This document shows positions 58,788-64,000 of a stretch of DNA of 64,000 bases, piece after piece. The stretch comes from an uncultured Acholeplasmataceae bacterium (GTDB lineage Bacteria > Bacillota_I > Bacilli_A > Acholeplasmatales > Acholeplasmataceae), in assembly GCA_963544825.1 (NCBI GenBank), contig CAUUGG010000001.1, positions 80,890-144,889 of the forward strand. Reading direction: 5' to 3'. The notes beneath the pieces are model-generated. The model did not search any database. It saw only the letters and a list, made by a program, of their open reading frames with translations, and was not told the DNA's origin. The position numbers and the translations under genes are program-made. Each line of letters starts with the position of its first letter. Within the stretch, counting starts at the first letter, position 1.

Positions 58788-61361
58788 TTACACCTCTATC
58801 CAGCGTTTTGCGCTGCTTTCGCTAACAAGTAGCGGAACATTTAAATCAAAATCAGTCATGATTTTTTTAATTTCAGGAATTAAATGTTCTTCTCCTTCTT
58901 TAATTTCAAAAATCAACTCATCATGAATTTGCATGAGCATTCTGCTTTCGGCTTGCTGCTCTTTTAAAAACTTACTGATTTTTAGCATAGAAATTTTCAA
59001 AATATCGGCAGCAGTTCCTTGAATTGGTGAGTTTACAGCAAGTCTTTCAAAAAGTTTCGGGTTACGGCGAAAATAAAGAGTTTCTGGATCTAAATAACGT
59101 CTACGTCCAAATAAAGTTTCGGTAAATCCATTAGTTTTAGTGTCTTGAATTTGCTTATATTGCAAAGGCAAGACTTCAGGGTAGGCAGCAAAGTAAGTTT
59201 TAATGTACTGATCTGCTGTTTTAATGTCTAAAGAAAGTGCTTTGCTAAGACCATAGGCAGACATTCCATAAATCAGTCCAAAGTTAATTGCTTTGGCTTT
59301 ATGTCTTTGTTCTTTGTCTACTTCTTTGGTGTTAAAAATACGCATCGCTGTCGCTGTGTGGATGTCTTTGTTTAAAGAAAAGTCTGAAAGCATATTCTTG
59401 TCTTTAGAAATTGTGGCTAAAACTCTAAGTTCAATTTGTGAGTAGTCTAGTGAAAGAAATGAAAAACCAGTTCTCGCAGCAAAAGCATTTTTGATTTTAC
59501 TTCCGAGTTCTGAGTGCGTAGGGATATTTTGCAAGTTTGGATTAAAGGAACTAAGTCGTCCTGTTGCAGTTTGAGTTTGATTATAAGTTGTGTGCACAAT
59601 ATTTTCGGTATCTACAGATTCAAGCAGACCAACTGCGTAAGTTTGCAAGATTTTGGCGTAAATTCGGTACTCTAAAATAAGTTTTACAATAGGGTAAACC
59701 TCTGAGTATTCAGCCAAAGTTTCTGAGTCTGTAGAAGCCGCTCCTTTTGCAGTTTTTTTAGTTTGCTTTAGTCCAAGGTCTTCATATAACAATTTAGCAA
59801 TTTGTTTTGGACTAAGTGGGTTTAAATCGTATCCTGCAAGTCGGTTAATTTCTGCTTTTAGTTCCACTAACTTAACTTCAAACTCTGCTTTAAGTTCTTT
59901 TAAGTAAGCAGTGTCTATGAGTACCCCTGTGTTTTCCATTTTTGCGAGAACCAAAGAAAGAGGAAGTTCAATAGAGTGGTATAGTTCATATCTTTTTGTG
60001 TCTTTAAGTTCAGTTTGTAACTTAGTAAAGGCTAAATCGGTTAACTTAACTTTTTTACTAAGAGTGTTTAAGTCAAGGTTTGAGTTAGACTTGGTTTCAT
60101 AGGCTTTTGGCACTTCAATTAAATCATCAAACTCATTGTTTGCAAGAAAATTAAAGTATTGTGTGCCACTTTCTGCGTCCTTGCAGTAGGCAAGTAAAAG
60201 TGCGCAGTCAAACTTAGCAAAATTAAACTCAATTTGATTTTTAAGTAAAACCTTGATAAATCTTTTTACATTAAAAATAACTGCTTTAGTTTCGCTTTTT
60301 AAAAAGGCTAAAAACGCAGGACTAGAAAACGCATGTTCTTTTTTTAAAAACAAGTAATTGGTTTTGTTAAATAAAACCAGGTGAATTAGTTCGTCTTTAT
60401 CTGTGTACTCAGCAAACAAGGCAGATGGTGTTTTTAAAAACTCAGCGATTTCTTTTTCTTCAGTTGCATACTGAAAACTTTGAATAAAAGTGCTTGTGTT
60501 GTTTGAAACTCCTTTTTCTCTGTAGAGTTGATTTAACTCAAACTCACGAAAAAAGTTTTGCAAGCCTGCTTCGTCTGCTGGTTGTTTTTGAGTTACTTCC
60601 ACTGAAAATAACTTATCTGTGTAAATTTTTCCAAGAAAATAAGAAAGCTCAGCATCTGCTTTGCCGTTTTCTAACTTAGTTTTTTGCGCTCCTTTTAACT
60701 CAGAAATGTGCGCGTATAAATTTGTAACAGAGCAGTATGTTTGAATTAGTTTAAGTGCAGTGACTTTCCCAATTCCAGCAACTCCTTTGATGTTGTCAGA
60801 AGTATCTCCTTGCAGTGCTTTTAGGTCAATTAACTGAAGGGGTTCAAGACCATATTCTGTAAATATAACTTCAGGAGTATACTCAATAATTTCTCCCATC
60901 CCTTTTTTAATTAAAGCAACGGTTGTCTTTTTGTCAACCAGTTGAAGCAAGTCGCGGTCAGACGAATAAATTATAACTTCGTCAATTTCAGGTGAGTTTT
61001 TAGAAATTGAGCCAATTATATCGTCAGACTCGTATCCAGATTTTTCAAGGCAAGCAACACCTTGCAGAGCAAGATATCTTTTAATTGAGTCAAACTGTAC
61101 AAAAAGTTCAGGGTCTCCGGCTTTTCTACCTGCTTTGTAGTCTGCGTATACTTTGTGTCTAAAAGTTGGCTCTTTTAAGTCAAAGGTAACTGCGATGTGT
61201 GTGGGTTTTTTGGCAAGAATTTTTTTAAACATATTGATAAACGCAAGCAAGGCATTGGTAGGTACGCCTTTAGAAGTTCTTAAAATCTCGCCAGTATACG
61301 CAGTTGCGTGGTAGGCTCTAAAGATAAGTGAGTTTCCGTCTACTAAAATTAGTCTAGACAT
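58788..61361 (-). CDS. polA: DNA polymerase I
   Basis: It has a 5'-nuclease N-terminus (LVDGNSLIFRAYHA) and the polymerase motifs DYSQIELRVLA, KAINFGLIYGMS and QIHDELIFE. Confidence 0.96.
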   Translation of the reverse strand: MSRLILVDGNSLIFRAYHATAYTGEILRTSKGVPTNALLAFINMFKKILAKKPTHIAVTFDLKEPTFRHKVYADYKAGRKAGDPELFVQFDSIKRYLALQGVACLEKSGYESDDIIGSISKNSPEIDEVIIYSSDRDLLQLVDKKTTVALIKKGMGEIIEYTPEVIFTEYGLEPLQLIDLKALQGDTSDNIKGVAGIGKVTALKLIQTYCSVTNLYAHISELKGAQKTKLENGKADAELSYFLGKIYTDKLFSVEVTQKQPADEAGLQNFFREFELNQLYREKGVSNNTSTFIQSFQYATEEKEIAEFLKTPSALFAEYTDKDELIHLVLFNKTNYLFLKKEHAFSSPAFLAFLKSETKAVIFNVKRFIKVLLKNQIEFNFAKFDCALLLAYCKDAESGTQYFNFLANNEFDDLIEVPKAYETKSNSNLDLNTLSKKVKLTDLAFTKLQTELKDTKRYELYHSIELPLSLVLAKMENTGVLIDTAYLKELKAEFEVKLVELKAEINRLAGYDLNPLSPKQIAKLLYEDLGLKQTKKTAKGAASTDSETLAEYSEVYPIVKLILEYRIYAKILQTYAVGLLESVDTENIVHTTYNQTQTATGRLSSFNPNLQNIPTHSELGSKIKNAFAARTGFSFLSLDYSQIELRVLATISKDKNMLSDFSLNKDIHTATAMRIFNTKEVDKEQRHKAKAINFGLIYGMSAYGLSKALSLDIKTADQYIKTYFAAYPEVLPLQYKQIQDTKTNGFTETLFGRRRYLDPETLYFRRNPKLFERLAVNSPIQGTAADILKISMLKISKFLKEQQAESRMLMQIHDELIFEIKEGEEHLIPEIKKIMTDFDLNVPLLVSESSAKRWIEV

Positions 61362-61367
61362 GGTGAT

Positions 61368-62801
61368 TTAAAACCACCTTCTTTGTTTGTTTTTGCCCTT
61401 ACCTTTTTTTGTCTGCCCTTGGCTTTGGCCGTTTAGTAGTTTGCTTTGTAGTTCTTCAAACATTTTAGCAAGTTCATCTTCTTTTGGTGGTTCGTTTAAA
61501 TCTAAGTCTAAGTTATTGGCAAAAATTTGTCTCATCATTTGTTTTTGCTTTGAAAAAGCCTGCTCTAATTTGCGAACTTCGCGAGTTGGCATCCCGCAAC
61601 CCTTGGCTATTCGCATACGACGAGTATCTGAGTAGGCTATCAAATCTGGGTCTTTACGCTCTTGCTTAGTCATTGACTGAATGATGTGTTCGTATTTATA
61701 AAAAGTAGCATCGTCTATTTCGCTCAAGGCTTTTTTGATTTGCGAAAGCCCTGGGATAAATGAAAAAATTTTGGCGATTGATCCCATTTTTTTCATAGAC
61801 TTAAATTGTTTAAGTAGGTCGTTGTAGTCAAAAGTGTTGTTTTTAATTTTATCAATTAGTTTCTTTGACTCTTTTTCTTCAAAACTTTCTTCGGCTTTCT
61901 CAATTAAGGTAAGCAAATCGCCCATGCCAAGAATACGGTTAGCAATTCGTTCTGGGTGAAATACCTCAATATCGTCAATTTTTTCGCCAAAAGTTTGAAA
62001 CATGATAGGCACACCAGACTCGGCTTTAACTGAAAGCACAGCACCGCCTCTTGAGTCTCCGTCAATTTTAGTCAAAACTACACCTTGGACAAAAATATTT
62101 TCCATGAAGGTTTTAGCAACGTTTGCAGCCTCTTGGCCGGCCATTGAGTCTAGTGTTAATATGGTTTCGTTAATTTTGAAATTACTTTGAATTGACTTTA
62201 GTTCATGCATTAGCACGTCGTCAATTTGCAGACGGCCCGCTGTATCAATAATTACCACATCATGCAGGTTTTCTTTTGCGTAAGTAAGTGCTTCTTTAAT
62301 TGTTGAAAGTGGGCCAGCTAAGCCTTTTTCAAATACTTTAACGCCAATTGAAGAGCCTAGTGTTTTAAGTTGTTCAATGGCAGCGGGTCTGTAGATATCA
62401 CAGGCTACTAAGAGTGGGTTTTTGCCTTCTCTAGTTTTAACTAAGTTAGCAATTTTAGCACAAGTTGTGGTTTTACCAGAACCTTGCAGACCTGCTAGCA
62501 TTATCAAAGTAGGGTTGGCGGTAAACTCAAGTAGACGCGGGTTTGCACCCATTATTTCAGTCAGCTCATCTTTAACAACTTTTACAACTTGCTCACCTGG
62601 ATTTAGACCTTTTAAGATTTTTTGACCAAGTGCTTTTTCTTTAATTGCAGTACTTAATTTCTTTACAACTGCATAAGAAACGTCGGCTTCCAATAAAGAA
62701 AGCCTAATTTCTTTCATCATTTTTTCAATATCACCCTCATATAACTTGGCAGTGCCAGTTACTTTACGTAGGGCCATTTGTATTTTATCTGCAAGTGACA
62801 T
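61368..62801 (-). CDS. ffh: Signal recognition particle protein Ffh
   Basis: It has the NG domain (GLQGSGKTTT, DTAGR, TKIDGD) and a Met-rich M domain. A GAGGAT RBS lies upstream. Confidence 0.96.
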   Translation of the reverse strand: MSLADKIQMALRKVTGTAKLYEGDIEKMMKEIRLSLLEADVSYAVVKKLSTAIKEKALGQKILKGLNPGEQVVKVVKDELTEIMGANPRLLEFTANPTLIMLAGLQGSGKTTTCAKIANLVKTREGKNPLLVACDIYRPAAIEQLKTLGSSIGVKVFEKGLAGPLSTIKEALTYAKENLHDVVIIDTAGRLQIDDVLMHELKSIQSNFKINETILTLDSMAGQEAANVAKTFMENIFVQGVVLTKIDGDSRGGAVLSVKAESGVPIMFQTFGEKIDDIEVFHPERIANRILGMGDLLTLIEKAEESFEEKESKKLIDKIKNNTFDYNDLLKQFKSMKKMGSIAKIFSFIPGLSQIKKALSEIDDATFYKYEHIIQSMTKQERKDPDLIAYSDTRRMRIAKGCGMPTREVRKLEQAFSKQKQMMRQIFANNLDLDLNEPPKEDELAKMFEELQSKLLNGQSQGQTKKGKGKNKQRRWF

Positions 62802-62816
62802 AACTAATCCTCAAAA

Positions 62817-63011
62817 TTATTCGTCCCACCATTCACCGCCATCAAACTCATACACTAATTTTCTTTCTTCTGGCGTAAGTTTATTGAATTTCCAACCAAA
62901 GAATCCTCTTAATTTCTTATTTTTTGCTAGCTCACAATATTTTAAATAGCGGATTTTTCTATTTTTCCAACGAATTTTAATTTTAGTATATAATTTTTTT
63001 TAAAAAAACAT
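62817..63011 (-). pseudogene. Small basic ORF between ylxM and ffh, interrupted by an in-frame TAA at codon 4
   Basis: A GGAG RBS lies 7 nt before the ATG at 63011. The frame reads ATG TTT TTT TAA and then 60 open codons: KKLYTKIKIRWKNRKIRYLKYCELAKNKKLRGFFGWKFNKLTPEERKLVYEFDGGEWWDE*. There is no ATG or TTG start after the TAA; the only GTG is at codon 48, just 13 codons before the stop. Confidence 0.4.
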
Positions 63012-63013
63012 AA

Positions 63014-63328
63014 TCAAACTCCTTCAATATCTTCAAACTCTTTTAATGGAATTTGATATTTATCTGATATATTCTTAATTATTTTGTGTAGATTTTCAGT
63101 CTTTTTAACTAATTTCAACTTAATTTCAAAATCAACTAACTTGCGTTCAGTTTGTTTAAGCGAAAGAAAAATAGCATTCCTAGAAACGCCTTCGTTTTCT
63201 GCAATTTCTGCGAGCGAATGGTCTAAAAAGTAATGTGCATGAAAGTAATCTGCCTGAGTTTTGGTAAGCAGAGGTGAGTAAGTTAAGTAAAGCGAAATTA
63301 AGTGTTCTTTACTAGCAAGCGGTTTCAT
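63014..63328 (-). CDS. ylxM: YlxM/UPF0122 putative HTH protein of the SRP operon
   Basis: It is 104 aa long, contains LSLAEIAENEGVSRNAIFLSLKQ and lies between ftsY and ffh as in Bacillus. Confidence 0.88.
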   Translation of the reverse strand: MKPLASKEHLISLYLTYSPLLTKTQADYFHAHYFLDHSLAEIAENEGVSRNAIFLSLKQTERKLVDFEIKLKLVKKTENLHKIIKNISDKYQIPLKEFEDIEGV

Positions 63329-64000
63329 TTAAAAAAGTTCCTGAAAAACAACGGACATATAGCGCTTAAGTTCAAAGTCTAAAAGATCGTTTTCCTTTTC
63401 GCCAACTCCAATTAGTTTAGTTGGAATTCCAAGTTCACTTTTAATTCTAAAAATGATACCACCCTTGGCAGTTCCATCCATTTTAGTCAAAGCCAGCGCC
63501 GAAATATCGGTGATTTCTTTAAAAGACTTCGCCTGCTCAAATGAGTTTTGACCCAGGTTTGCGTCTACTACCAAAATAGTTTCGCTTAGTTCTTTGCCTA
63601 GTTTTTTGACAACTATCTTTTTTATTTTGGCAAGTTCGGCCATTAAGTTTTGTTTGTTTTGCAGACGCCCTGCAGTGTCAATTAAGCAATAGCTATATTC
63701 TTCTTTAATTGCTTTTTCAAGACCGTCAAAGCAAACTGAGCCAGCGTCTTTAGTGTTGGGGTTTGAAAATACATCTATGTGTAGGCGTTTTCCCCATTCA
63801 ACTAATTGGTCAACTGCACCTGCTCTAAAGGTATCGGCAGCAATCAATAGTACTTTTTCGCCTTGTTTTTTTAATCTAGCAGCAAGTTTTGCGATGGTTG
63901 TTGTTTTGCCAGAGCCGTTAACTCCGACAAACATATAGGCAGTCAGCGGGTTTTCTTTAGCTAAAGAATTGTCCGCATCTACACTTTGATTTTTGTAAAC
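63329..64000 (-). CDS. ftsY: SRP receptor FtsY, C-terminal NG domain. The gene continues past the window end.
   Basis: It contains FVGVNGSGKTTTIAKLA, DTAGRL and LTKMDGTAKGG. The frame is open from 63934 to nt 64000. Confidence 0.93.
   Translation of the reverse strand, partial: VYKNQSVDADNSLAKENPLTAYMFVGVNGSGKTTTIAKLAARLKKQGEKVLLIAADTFRAGAVDQLVEWGKRLHIDVFSNPNTKDAGSVCFDGLEKAIKEEYSYCLIDTAGRLQNKQNLMAELAKIKKIVVKKLGKELSETILVVDANLGQNSFEQAKSFKEITDISALALTKMDGTAKGGIIFRIKSELGIPTKLIGVGEKENDLLDFELKRYMSVVFQELF

Overview
The window is a gene-dense chromosomal segment from a low-GC, Mollicutes-like Bacillota genome. TGA is a stop codon here and Trp is always TGG, so the code is 11, as in Acholeplasma, not the Mycoplasma code 4. 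Most genes are housekeeping genes in Bacillus-like synteny: lepA-hemW, eno, smpB-alaS-ruvX-DUF1292-trmR-U32-U32, greA, rsfS, pflBA, polC, tilS-hpt-ftsH-lysS, pnp, comEA-comEC, argS, thrS-dnaI-dnaB-coaE-mutM-polA and ftsY-ylxM-ffh. I found three tRNAs (Glu-UUC, Thr-GGU, Leu-CAA) and a type-B RNase P RNA. I found no rRNA, CRISPR array, IS element or prophage. Gene orientation flips from + to - near 17.85 kb, which suggests the replication terminus. Six loci deserve a second look. (1) A 2.5-kb ORF-free, very AT-rich stretch lies directly after a Xer-family recombinase gene and is packed with a 12-mer in both orientations, palindromes and a perfect DnaA box. (2) An orphan 883-aa protein with a sigma-70 region-4 HTH lies next to two tRNAs and has a start-less 67-codon tail in the -1 frame. 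(3) A membrane-anchored HNH nuclease lies near a ComEC whose nuclease domain looks degenerate. (4) A double-palindrome operator precedes a His-rich lipoprotein gene. (5) YqeG and YqeK are fused into one protein. (6) A 398-aa UvrD-like helicase appears to lack the 2B domain.
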